Positions 1 to 11,360 of a stretch of DNA of 64,000 nt are shown piece after piece. The notes beneath the pieces were generated by a model. It was not told where the DNA came from, did no database searches, and saw only the letters and a list, made by a program, of their open reading frames with translations. Numbering within the stretch: position 1 is the first letter of the stretch; every line of letters begins with the position of its first letter. The stretch lies in contig NW_027362763.1 in assembly GCF_046119375.1 (NCBI RefSeq), positions 382,540,001 through 382,604,000 on the forward strand, read 5' to 3'. Source of the stretch: Phyllobates terribilis. Lineage: Eukaryota. The translations under genes and the position numbers were made by a program.

Positions 1-144
1 CGCTCTGCGCTGCTCGGTTGCCAAGCGCCCGGGGAACGCGGGGAGGGCTGAGCTTGGAAACACAGACCATAAGGCCAGAGTAGCGGAGCCGACGAGCTGA
101 TCGACTTTTTTCTCCGCATCTTACAGCTGCACATAATGCCTGGA

Positions 145-280
145 AGGGCGGGGCTTACCGTTGCTTAGTTACCAGTGGACAGAAACAGTCCGAACGAAGC
201 CGTGGATTGCTTGGCGCTCAAACCTGGCGCTTACCTGACGTCACTAGCGCCCCCTATCAGAGGCGTGCAGTGTGATTGGC
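145..280 (+). promoter_or_regulatory. CpG-rich promoter of the CEP43-like gene: GC box, RFX X-box, full CRE, inverted CCAAT
   Basis: GGGCGGGG at 146-153. GTTGCTTAGTTAC at 160-172 (reverse complement GTAACT-A-AGCAAC fits GTNRCY-N-RGYAAC). TGACGTCA at 236-243. ATTGG at 275-279. All lie within 190 nt upstream of the ATG at 333. Confidence 0.6.
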
Positions 281-332
281 TGCGCTCGATGAGCTCGGCA
301 ATCACCAGGGCTGTGACTGGAGCCGCTCCGAG

Positions 333-1415
333 ATGTCTGCGGCGGAGGAGGACACGGAGCTCCGGGATCTCCTGATCCACACGCTGGAGAATAATGGCGT
401 CCTGAACAAGATCAAAGCCGAGCTGCGGGCGTCCGTGTTCCTGGCGCTGGAGGAGCAGGAGGAGAGTAAGCCGGCGCTCATCAACGAGCGGCTGCGGCAG
501 TTCCTGGCCACCAGCGATGGCCGCCTGCTCGCCTGCCTGCTCACCGACTTTCTGCAGCACTTCCACCTGGACTTCACCCTCGCCGTGCTGCAGCCCGAGG
601 CCTGCCTGCCCAGCACTCCCGACCAGCGCGCGTCCGCCGCCCGAGAGCTGGGGCTGTCTGTATCGGAGGCGCCGCTGCTCCTGGAGCTGCTGAGACTCCG
701 CCGTCAGAGAGAGGCGGCTGTGCCGCAGGAGCTGCCCCTGGAGCGCACCGAGCAGGCGCAGGCCCGGTACCGGCAGAGGGTCGGCCCCGGGGGGGAGCTC
801 GGGCAGCCGGAGCTGCGGGCGCTGCTGCTGGAGCTCTGTCCTCACTTCCACCGGGGCATGCTGGACACCTACATCACCGAGCAGCTGGCGGGGCTGAGCG
901 GCGTCATAGACGAGCAGCGCTTCCTGGCCCTGTACCGGGGGCTCTTCCTCCACTGCAGGAGTGTGGTAGTCGGCGACTACACGGTCAGCGGCCCGCAGCC
1001 CAGCCTGCAGCTGGACGATGAGGACGACCTAGAAGGTGACTCTTTCTTTGATGACCCTATCCCCAAGCCTGAGAGAACCTATGGCTGGAAGGAGGAGGTC
1101 CACCCTGGAGCCACACACTCACAGGGCTCCCTCTCCGGGTCACGTAAGGGCAGTGACCAGGACCGAGATGGCTCGCTGAGGTCCACCTCCGAGAAGATGG
1201 CCTCTCTGGAGATCGGGGCTGCTCAGGAGGAGGACTACATGGATGACTTCCACAGCAGCAGCCAGAAGAGTGAGGCCAGTATTGGAGAAGACCTGGAGGA
1301 GGAGCTGTCTGTGGACGAGCTGACCGCTAGTGACCACAAGCTGGAGGAGCTCACGCTGGACAACTCCATCTCCCAGCTGAGCGATGTGGCGGACTACCTG
1401 GAGGACGTCTCCTGA
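333..1415 (+). CDS. CEP43: Intronless CEP43/FGFR1OP (FOP)-like centrosomal protein, 360 aa, probable retrogene
   Basis: The N-terminus MSAAEEDTELRDLLIHTLENNGVLNKIKAELRASVFLALEEQE...DGRL...FLQHFHLDFTLAVLQPE matches the FOP LisH/dimerisation domain. EDDLEGDSFFDDPIPKPERTYG and the C-terminal SQLSDVADYLEDVS match FOP. The ORF is uninterrupted from ATG 333 to TGA 1413-1415. The track's 276 start is a TTG and is not used. Confidence 0.9.
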   Translation: MSAAEEDTELRDLLIHTLENNGVLNKIKAELRASVFLALEEQEESKPALINERLRQFLATSDGRLLACLLTDFLQHFHLDFTLAVLQPEACLPSTPDQRASAARELGLSVSEAPLLLELLRLRRQREAAVPQELPLERTEQAQARYRQRVGPGGELGQPELRALLLELCPHFHRGMLDTYITEQLAGLSGVIDEQRFLALYRGLFLHCRSVVVGDYTVSGPQPSLQLDDEDDLEGDSFFDDPIPKPERTYGWKEEVHPGATHSQGSLSGSRKGSDQDRDGSLRSTSEKMASLEIGAAQEEDYMDDFHSSSQKSEASIGEDLEEELSVDELTASDHKLEELTLDNSISQLSDVADYLEDVS

Positions 1416-1644
1416 TGCCGTCTGGTTTCCTATCAGAGACAACACACTGGGCATCCCTGGCAGAGGAGAGATGCCCCCTGCTCTATGGTTGGAGTGGTGG
1501 TTAGAAGATGTTGCAGAACTAAACTTCTAATTCAGGCTTCCTGTACTGTGCCCAGCCGGCCCTGCTCCATGTCTGCCCATCACTATTAGTCATATGTGCA
1601 GCAGGTCACACAACATATTTTTGCTATAGAGACTTGGGGGTAAA

Positions 1645-1650
1645 AATAAA
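1645..1650 (+). terminator. Candidate polyadenylation signal of the CEP43-like gene
   Basis: AATAAA 230 nt after the stop codon. A second AATAAA is at 1921-1926. Confidence 0.45.
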
Positions 1651-1899
1651 ATATTTTACACATTTATGGCAGCATTGGTTTAGTTGTCAGGCGTTACATA
1701 CAAGCATTAGTAGCATGATGTGAGGGTTATTTCTCCGCCACTGGGCAAAGAACACATTGGTTCTACACTGCTGGTAGTCAGCGGGGCTTTTTGGGGGGGT
1801 ATTTTCAGGCATGCAATGCTTCCTGGTCGCCTACTGAAAGTTGACAGTTCTGACCAGCACAATGATCCGGTCCAAATTTTGAGACTGCAGAGGTGGCTG

Positions 1900-1913
1900 G
1901 TAACCTAGGCAAC
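1900..1913. promoter_or_regulatory. Consensus RFX X-box
   Basis: GTAACCTAGGCAAC matches GTNRCC-N-RGYAAC-type consensus. Confidence 0.4.
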
Positions 1914-2640
1914 ATGGTAAAATAAAACTCCTATACTTGATAGTGTAGTGATTTTAATTAGGGGTAACTAATTGCTACATTAAAGGGGTAAAATTGCAAA
2001 GTGCTTGTGAAAGCAAACAGTTTTGCAATTTTATCCCTCATTACAAATCTTTATGTATAATCACTTGCCCTGTAATTACCTTCTGTAGGTGTTGTTCCCC
2101 TTTATCTGAATATTTATGGTATTGTTCTGTTCAGTTGGTCATATGATGACCCTCCCTGGGAGTTACATGGCTATATGTTCTCTTCTGAGGGGGCTTCATC
2201 TCAGGCGATAGAACTGCCTGTATGATGCAATGTACCACACATGCTCTATGGAGGGGGGCATTATTACAGTGGAGGGAGATGGTTACATAGCTGGTGTCTC
2301 ACCATTCTAATGTTGGAGATGGCAGTTCGTACTCATCATCTATTAGCTAATATAGGAGAGGATAATCCGTGTCACCCCAGCAGACAGTGATGCTATTTAC
2401 TCTCCATATGATGCATCATAAAACTGATAGAAGCAGAGTGACATTCAAGATGGTATTTAGAAGTGCATGCAAGGAAGCACACCATGTGTAATAGTTTGTT
2501 TTGCACTTTCCACTCTACGTTTCTAATTGCCTCTTTTAAAAGCACTTTTCCAGGACTTTCATATTGATCAATCTTTAAGATGGGGCATCTATTAGGATAT
2601 GTGCATTGGAAATGGCACATGTTTGTATGTTGTGCAATGT

Positions 2641-2940
2641 AGGGCTGTGGAGTCTGTATCGAAGTCAGTATAAAATGGACCGACTCCTAAAATATATAAT
2701 AAATTGGGTACAGTAGTTCAATGTGGGGAATATTTTTTTTCATAAGAATTAGGGAAAGTTCTGAAATGTCTGTCCTATTCCCGATCTAAGGGTCTAGACT
2801 TCTAGCTGAGATGAATCTGTGCTACAGTGAATTTATCACTTAAACATGAGCCATGTATGAGGGAGTCGTGGGGTCGGAGTTGGAGGCGGCATCATGGAAA
2901 TTGAGGAGTTGGAGGTTTGGCTTACCGATTCACATGGCTG
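2641..2940 (+). mobile_element. Non-autonomous DNA element (MITE) of the CAGGGCTGTGGAGTCGG-TIR family, degenerate copy
   Basis: Starts AGGGCTGTGGAGTC. The body is the reverse complement of 53582-53897 and matches 54927-55150. Confidence 0.75.
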
Positions 2941-4689
2941 TGAATGGCACTATACGAGCTCTACTATTTGTGTAGGAGAGAGTAAGCAGTACTAAACACG
3001 GCCACTGCACAATCTACGGAACTGTGCCACTTCTGGTGCACTACGAGCCCTTTAATCAAATGATCAATGAGAGACGAGCCCCCCTCCACCATGGTTCTCA
3101 TATGGGTGACCTGTTGTCGTTCAGGTGGTCCGTGTAGGACTCATTAATATTTTAGAAACATTGCAGTGTAAGAGCCAGAAACTAGTCAGACACTGCTGGA
3201 TTTTTCATACAGAAGACAGAGATGGTTTATTCCCATTTCTTGCCTTTCTCTCATCGCTGTTTACCGAGCACTGAATAAGCATTACATATGCATATTAGGT
3301 AGTACTAACAGTTCTTCCTCCTCTGGACCCACTGACCCTGTAATTACTGGTAGGAAGCCGGAGCTAGTGGGTCCTAGCAGAGCCATCTCGGCTCTGAAGT
3401 TCTAGCAGGAGGCTGGTGTCCTGTAACTGGGACTTAATTGTTTTATTGCAGATTTCCCCTGTAACTGCAGCTGGCATTTAAGTGTTGAAATGCCGCTCCA
3501 TGGGCTTTCATGACCTTAGTGGGGGAATGTGTATATTAATAACTTCTACAGAAAAAAGGGGAACTCAAATTTAAAATATTTTTAAAGAAAACCGGACATT
3601 AGACCTAGTTTATCCTCTGGATATGCCATACCTATCTTTCTGCAGAACTCTAAGCATTTTGTTATCTATCAAACTTGCCAATGCCTGACAGAGGGTCCGT
3701 GAAAAAAAAATTGAACCTCACTCAGCTGCCATCCATGTGTCTTCCAAATGTAATGTTTTGGGTAGGGAAAGTTTAGAAAGTTATTTTTTTTTATTTCATT
3801 TTTTATATCAGATGAAGAAAAAAAGCAAAGTCACATTGAGAGTAAAAATGGGTAGAGGACCAATCAGAATCAGCACATTTGTGGTTGTGTTATTTTATAT
3901 CAATAAACACACTGACATGTGAATGAGGGCTATATCTGCACCTAGTTCAGGCGTCTATTGTACGAATGTGTTTGCCTTTCATGGATAGAACACCCACCTA
4001 TTATAGTCTATGGGGCTGTACATATGTCTTTTTTGTGAACATTGGGGCAAATTCATCAAAGCTGGTGTAAAAGCTTTGAAAAGTTGCAAAATTTCTAAGC
4101 AACTCCCACTTGGGTAGAATTTTTTTTTACTTTTAGCACTTTCATGCCAGTCTGAATGGGCAAAGCTGGGAGATGCCGGGGAGGGGGGGATGAGGGCATG
4201 ACCATGTCTGCCTGTCAAATTCATATAAAGTGGCAGCGATTTTAGAATAAGTTTGGGATCAGCAGCTACGGTCACATTGTAGTCTTCAGAAGGAAGATTT
4301 GTTTTCCCTCTTGGCCAGACCATTTCCCTCAAACTGCTGTAGGTATTGCAGGCTTCACAAATTGCATTTTACATTTCCTTTCCCTCGTACTAAGACCTCA
4401 CTCAGACGTCCGTTTTTCAGGTATGCTTTCCATCCATGCTTTTCACAGGACACATACCTATTATAGTCTGGAGTCGTTTGTGTTTACTTGCGGGTTATGT
4501 GCCGCTAAAAATCTTGGAGACCTTTCATGCCCACTCTCCCTATTCTCAGCCTGCGTCCTGTAGCTGACTGCTAGGTCACTGTACCAGGAGTCACCTGTCA
4601 GTCAGATATAGGAGGCAGGTAGCGGGAGGGGGAGAGGGCAGGAGAGCTGAAAGGTCAAGGCCTGTCCCACTGCACTTACAACTCATTAA

Positions 4690-5106
4690 ATCTGCCACCA
4701 GGTTTTGCTTCTCCATCTCAATGTTTGCCCCATTGAAAATAAAAACACTTATACCTACAGTGCCAGCGCTGTTGGCACTCCACATTCCCGGGGCTCGTGA
4801 GCGGTTATGACGTGAGCCCTGCTCTCAATCAGCGCTGGCGTCACTATCCTCACCTTCAGATGTGAAGAAGTGAGAGCTGCGGCTGGTCGATCACTTCCTC
4901 CTGATTTCTTATGTCCGAAGGCGGGGACAGGGACTCCAGCGCTGATTGAGGACAGGGCTCATGTGAAGTAACAACCGCTGACGAGCCCCGGGAACGCGAG
5001 TCTCGACACAGCTGGAATGGCGCCAACAAGGGAGGAGAGTGTGTTTTTATTTTTAACAGGTGGAAACATTCAGATAAAAAGGCTGACCTTGTAGTGGACA
5101 ATCCCT
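4690..5106. mobile_element. Internally palindromic T2/Kolobok-type MITE
   Basis: CCCGGGGCTCGTGAGCGGTT...CTCAATCAGCGCTGG is mirrored by CCAGCGCTGATTGAG...AACCGCTGACGAGCCCCGGG. Ends GACAATCCCT followed by TTAA. The left end is degenerate. Confidence 0.5.
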
Positions 5107-5845
5107 TTAAATACCACTACCTGTGCCCATATTCGCGGCAGCTGCAGCTTACAACACATCACATGTAATCCTCCTTTGATACGACATCTTACACCAGTAA
5201 AAGGAGAATCTTCTCTGGTTTCTACATCTGCATAAAATAAAATCACTTATCCTAAGCAAGAGATCCAGCATGGTGGCTGCCATGGGCACCTCCTTACTAA
5301 TGTTGGTCTCCTGGGTTATTGCATGTAGCCGATATTGCAATTTCTTTTTTAACACACATCACCGATGCGGATCTCAGTCACTACCTATGAAACTAGATTT
5401 TGTGACAGGCTAGAGACTTTCAAAGGCCAGTACATCACTCCGTAACTAGGACTTAGTCCCACATTGGTGTCTTTGACCTGAATGGCTATGTCTATTGCAT
5501 AATATATTGTGCCAAAGTAACAAAAACATTCCTCAAAATAGTAAAAAGATCCCTTCAAATATTAGATATAAACCTATCGTGACTCAGAAGGAGTAAACCT
5601 GATCCAAAAAGTAAACTAGATCAAAAATGTATTATTCAATACAAAATACATCAATGAGTACAGAACTATCAGAAAACATAAACATGTCAGATACACAATA
5701 TCGGACAAAGATACAGGAAAAACTATTAACCCTGAATAGATATGAGGTGGTGAATAATATGCAGTTATATACAGAGAGCCATGTAGTACATAAATGTAAG
5801 TAACTATATTATAGAGGATCAATAAATAATATGCCCATCAATATA

Positions 5846-6425
5846 CAATCGTGGCTGAAAGTGTTGGCACCTTTGAAATTGTTCCAGAAAATTATGTATT
5901 TCTCCCAGAAAATTGCAATTACACATGCTTTGTTATACATGTGTAAATTGGAACAACACAAAAAAACAGAGAGAAAAAGACAAATTGGACATAATTTCAC
6001 ACAAAACCCCAAAAATGTGCAGGACAAAATTGCTGACACACTCAACTTAATATTTGGTTGCACACCCTTTGGAATAAATACGGTAACTTCAATCAGTCGC
6101 TTCCTATAACCATCAATAAGCTTCTTCCACCTCACTACTGGGATTTTGAACCACTCTTATTCTGCAAACTGCTCCAGGTCTCCCATATTTGAAGGATGTC
6201 TGCTACCAACAGCAATTACAGATCTCTCCACCGCTGTTCAATGGGATTTATATCTGGAGTCATTGCTGGCCACGTCAGAACTCTCGTTTTCTTCTATTTT
6301 TGGGTTCTTCTTGAAGTATGTTTGGGGTCATTGTCCTGCTGGAAGACCCAGACCTAGGACGCAAACCCAGCTTTCTGCCACTGGGCACTACATTGCGACC
6401 CAAAATCCTTTGGTAATCTTCCGAT
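5846..6425 (-). mobile_element. Tc1-family transposon fragment (TIR plus degenerate transposase 3' end)
   Basis: TA followed by CAATCGTGGCTGAAAGTGTTGGCACC. The minus-strand frame gives RWKKLIDGYRKRL. Same family as 38767-40133. Confidence 0.8.
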
Positions 6426-7600
6426 TTTTCAATGATAAAAATTAGGACTATTCTTGTACTGCTGTCTATTTGTTCATTCTATTTCCCAAAAATCTGAATA
6501 AGGTTCGGCTCACATTTTTCCTGCGCTCTCCGCTGAGTGCTTACATTGGGGTTTCCGTGTAAATTCTCCAAAACCACGATTCATACAAAAGCCTGGACGG
6601 AGCCACTCGCGTAAGAGGCAGATGGAGTCACTTTGGACTGGTCTCTATCCGGCGGTGTCCCATCATTTTAGGCGTCTTTTTAGCGCATAAGTGTGGACGA
6701 CCAAAGATCTGTGCACGTCTAAAAAGATGGAGACCATCGGAGCAGACGTCAAACGGAGCCCAAAGTGTCTCCATCTGCCTCATTATGGTGGGGGGTTCGG
6801 TTTTGGGTCTGAATCGGGTTTTTGTGGAATTTACATGGAAACTCCGAGGTAAGTGATTATTTTGGAAGCGTCCAAAAATATTATGCACCCCAAAATGTTA
6901 CCAAAAAACCCTAATTTATCCTGCACAAAACCAGCCCCCACTCAGGTCCGTCACCTGTCTCTGGAAATAGAGGGTTCCCACGTTATTGGTAGAATAAAGA
7001 CTCTTGAAAAGGGACATGGCTCTCACCCCCTCAGATAAAATCCAGTGCAATCTGCGCTTCCAAATCCAAATTCCCCCTCCTGAGCCCCACTGTGCGACCA
7101 CATGTTTTGCATTATTGTAGAGGGGAGCGAGAACTTAACAATTTATGGGGTGCATATTGCCAGAAGCACAAGCTGGGCACAATGTATGGTTGGAACTACA
7201 CTGTATGAAGGCACAATGAATGGGCACTAAACTGGAATATTTGCAATTCTCCAGAATAAAGCCTGTTGTGGATGTTACATAATAGTCACTGCAGCCGTAG
7301 ACTAATTCATTGAGAGGTGTAATTTCTACAATGGGGTAACTTTTGCGGCTTTTCTGGCATTTTCGGGACTCTGCAAATATCTATCGCCTGCAAACTATTC
7401 TACCAAAATCTGTGCTCCAAAAGTCAAATCACACTCCTTCTCAGCCCTGACATATGGCCTAACAGTAGTTTTTGCCGACATATGGGGCATCACCGCATTT
7501 GGGAGAAATTGAACAATAAATTATGGGGTCAAGTTTCACCTATTAACCCTTGTGTACCTGAAAAATTTGCAGCAAATACTAAAATTATATTTTTACAACT

Positions 7601-7757
7601 AAAAGCGCTTGACAACCCGCATGCAGAAATGCATGCAAAAACGCATGACAAATGCTTCTACCTGGCGGGAAAAACACATGTAAAAACCGCATGCGTTTTT
7701 CCTACCAGGGAGAAGCGTAAAAAATATGCAGCATTTCTGCATCGTGGGCACATAGCC
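7601..7757. mobile_element. Terminal fragment of a PIF/Harbinger-type MITE
   Basis: Ends GCATCGTGGGCACATAGCC then TAA, the reverse complement of the left TIR of 45322-46118. Confidence 0.65.
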
Positions 7758-8224
7758 TAAAACAATATTTTAGCAGATAAAGATTTCATTTTCACATCCA
7801 CATTTTAAAAAGCTCTGTGAAGCACCTATGAGTTCAACAAGGTCAACACATCCCTAGATGAATTCCTTGATGGATCTAGTTTCCAAAGTGGGGTCACTTG
7901 TGGGCGGGGGGGGGGGGGGGTTCTCAGGGTCTCTGCAAATGTGACATGGTGTTTGCAATCTATTCCAGCCAAATTTCCATTACAAAGTACCAAATGTCGC
8001 TTCTTCCCTTCTGAGCCCTGCAGAACTTTTTGATTACATGTGGGCTATCGTTGCACTCAGAAGGAAGTGGGTAACAAAGTTTTCCTCTTGCAAAAGTGAA
8101 ACATTTGGGGCTAAAGCAACATTTTCGTGAAAGAAATGAAGATTTTGTATATGATGATCTAATGTTATCAAATTCTGTCTAATACCTGTGGGTTCAAAAT
8201 GCTATGCTCAACTGGCCTTCTGCT

Positions 8225-10890
8225 GGGGACCCCGGAGCAGTGGCTGATGGGACACTGGAGTGGTGGCTGGTGGGATCCCGGAGTGATGGGACACTGGAGT
8301 GGTGGCTGGTGGGACCTTGGAGCAGTGGCTGGTGGGACACTGAAGAGGTGGCTGGTGGGACCTTGGAGTGGTGGCTGGTGGGATCCCGGAGTGATGGGGC
8401 ATTGGAGCAGTGGTTGGTGGGACCTTGAAGCGGTGGGACACTGGAGTGGTGGCTGGTGGAACCTTGGAGCGGTGGGACACTGGAGTGGTGGCTGGTCGGA
8501 TCCCGGAGTGATGGGACACTGGAGTGGTGGCTGGTGGGACACTGGAGAGGTGGCTGGTCGGGTCCCGGAGTGATGGGACCTTGGAGCGGTGGCTGGTGGG
8601 ACACTGGAGCGGTGGCTGGTGGGATCCTGGAGTGATGGGACACTGGAGTGGTGGCTGGTAGGACCTTGGAGCAGTGGCTGGTGGGACACTGGAGAGGTGG
8701 CTGGTGGGACCTTGGGATAGTGGCTGGTGGGATCCCGGAGTGATGGGACACGAGTGGTGGCTGGTGGGATCCCGGAGTGATGGCTGGTGGGACCTTGGAG
8801 CAGTGGCTGGTGGGACCTTGGAGTGGTGGCTGGTGGGATCGCGGAGTGATGGGACATTGGAGCGGTGGTTGGTGGGATTTTTGAGCGGAGGGACCTTGGA
8901 GTGGTGGCTGGTGGGATCCCGGAGTGATGGGACATTGGAGCGGTGGTTGGTGGGATCCCGGAGTGATGGGACACTGGAGTGGTGGCTGGTGGGATCCCGG
9001 AGTGATGGGACACTGGAGTGGTGGCTGGTGGGACCTTGGAGCAGTGGCTGGTGGGACCTTGGAGTGGTGGCTGGTGGGACCTTGGAGTGGTGGCTGGTGG
9101 GATCGCGGAGTGATGGGACATTGGAGCGGTGGTTGGTGGGATTTTTGAGCGGAGGGACCTTGGAGTGGTGGCTGGTGGGATCCCGGAGTGATGGGACATT
9201 GGAGCGGTGGTTGGTGGGATCCCGGAGTGATGGGACACTGGAGTGGTGGCTGGTGGGATCCCGGAGTGATGGGACACTGGAGTGGTGGCTGGTGGGACCT
9301 TGGAGCAGTGGCTGGTGGGACACTGAAGAGGTGGCTGGTGGGACCTTGGAGTGGTGGCTGGTGGGATCCCGGAGTGATGGGGCATTGGAGCAGTGGTTGG
9401 TGGGACCTTGAAGCGGTGGGACACTGGAGTGGTGGCTGGTGGAACCTTGGAGCGGTGGGACACTGGAGTGGTGGCTGGTCGGATCCCGGAGTGATGGGAC
9501 ACTGTAGTGGTGGCTGGTGGGACACTGGAGAGGTGGCTGGTCGGGTCCCGGAGTGATGGGACCTTGGAGCAGTGGCTGGTGGGACACTGGAGAAGTGGCT
9601 GGTGGGACACTGGAGCGGTGGCTGGTGGGATCCTGGAGTGATGGGACACTGGAGTGGTGGCTGGTAGGACCTTGGAGCAGTGGCTGGTGGGACACTGGAG
9701 AGGTGGCTGGTGGGACCTTGGGATAGTGGCTGGTGGGATCCCGGAGTGATGGGACACGAGTGGTGGCTGGTGGGATCCCGGAGTGATGGCTGGTGGGACC
9801 TTGGAGCAGTGGCTGGTGGGACCTTGGAGTGGTGGCTGGTGGGATCGCGGAGTGATGGGACATTGGAGCGGTGGTTGGTGGGATTTTTGAGCGGAGGGAC
9901 CTTGGAGTGGTGGCTGGTGGGATCCCGGAGTGATGGGACATTGGAGCGGTGGTTGGTGGGACCTTGGAGCGGTGGGACACTGGAGTGGTGGCTGGCGGGA
10001 CCTTGGAGCGGTGGCTGGTGGGACCATGGAGCGGTGGCTTGTGGGATCCCGGAGTGATGGGACACTGGAGTAGTGACTGGTGGGATCCCGGAGTGATGGG
10101 ATACTGGAGTGGTGGGACCTTGGAGCCGTGGGACACTGGAGTGGTGGCTGGTGGGACCTTGAAGCGGTGGGATACTGGAGAGGTGGCTAGTTGGATCCCG
10201 GAGTGATGGGACACTGGAGCAGTGGCTGGTGGGACCTTGGAGCAGTGGCTGGTGGGACCTTGGAGCGGTGGCTGGTGGGACCTTGGAGTGGTGGCTGGTG
10301 GGATCTCGGAGTGATGGGACATTAGAGCGGTGGTTGGTGGGACCTTGGAGCAGTGGCTGGTGGGACACTGGAGAGGTGGCTGGTGGGATCCCGGAGTGAT
10401 GGGACACTGGAGCGGTGGCTGGTGGGATCCCGGAGTGATGGGACACTGGAGTGGTGGCTGGTGGCATCTTGGAGCAGTGGGACACTGGAGAGGTGGCTGG
10501 TGGGATCCCAGAGTGAAGGGACACTGGAGTGGTGGCTGGTGGGACCTTGGAGCAGTGGCTGGTGGGACCTTGGAGCAGTGGCTGGTGGGACCTTGGAGTA
10601 GTGGCTGGTGGGACCTTGGAGTGGTGGCTGGTGGGATCCCGCAGTGATGGGACATTGGAGTGGTGGCTGGTGGCATCTTGGAGCAGTGAGACACTGGAGA
10701 GGTGGCTGGTGGGATCCCGGAGTGAAGGGACACTGGAGTGGTGGCTGGTGGGACCCTGGAGCAGTGGCTGGTGGGATCCCGGAGTGATGGGACTGGGACC
10801 TTGGAGAGGTGGCTGGCGGGACCTTGGAGTGGTGGCTGGTGGGATCCCGGAGCAGTGGGACACTGGAGTGGTGGCAGGTGGGACCCCAGG
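8225..10890. repeat. G-rich compound minisatellite (23-bp and 16-bp subunits) with a ~1-kb higher-order duplication
   Basis: Interspersed GGAGTGGTGGCTGGTGGGACCTT-type and GGAGTGATGGGACACT-type units. The marker TGAAGAGG recurs at 8341 and 9324 (offset 983). GGGACACGAG recurs with offset 1006. Confidence 0.95.
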
Positions 10891-10989
10891 GATCATACAT
10901 TCACCACCTATACATTGAAACAACTATTGAATTCTCCTCCCACTCTAGTAAGTGTAGTAACAGCACGATCTGACATGTCTGGGATCGGT

Positions 10990-11360
10990 CACAATGCCTG
11001 ACCCGGCCAGTGTCAGGTGACTAGTCACGTGCTGTGATGACGTACTGGGTCTGCAGTGAATAGAGGCTGCGGGACTGTAGGTGAGTGGGTTATCAGCAGT
11101 TATTATACTACCTCACCTCGGGTTTCCAGCAGGCAGTAAAGTACTGGAGTACGAGAACCTTTCCGCTGAGAATAACGCGATCCGCTCGGCACTTCGATTG
11201 CTTTCGTCTATGTCTTGTGTCCATTTTCCCGCGTTCAATCTGACGGCGCGAGATTCCTGACAGCCGCCGAGGAGGAGGCGCAGTGTCGCCTGCTCTGCTC
11301 TGGTCGCGACATCCTGCACTGACCCTGCCCTGCGGTATTCTCAGGTGCGCTGGGCACAGG
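10990..11360. promoter_or_regulatory. CpG-rich probable PRIM2 promoter and non-coding first exon region, possibly bidirectional
   Basis: E-box GTCACGTG at 11024-11031, TGACGTA at 11038-11044, E2F site TTTTCCCGCG at 11224-11233, E2F-like GGCGCGAGA at 11245-11253. Plus-strand donor-like AG|GTGAGT at 11081. Minus-strand donor-like GAG|GTGAGG at 11116. This is the nearest CpG cluster upstream of the first PRIM2 coding exon. Confidence 0.55.

Noticed and set aside
276-332. N-terminal extension of the CEP43-like ORF in the track
   Set aside because: It begins at a TTG inside the CCAAT box. Homology starts at ATG 333.
231-953. 240-aa antisense ORF over the CEP43-like gene
   Set aside because: Shadow ORF expected from GC-rich codon usage; no recognisable homology.
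8168-10923. Very long Pro/Ser/His-rich ORFs (619-909 aa) on the minus strand and Trp/Gly-rich ORFs on the plus strand
   Set aside because: All three minus frames are open because the C-rich strand of the minisatellite lacks stop codons. There are no splice signals or domain evidence.
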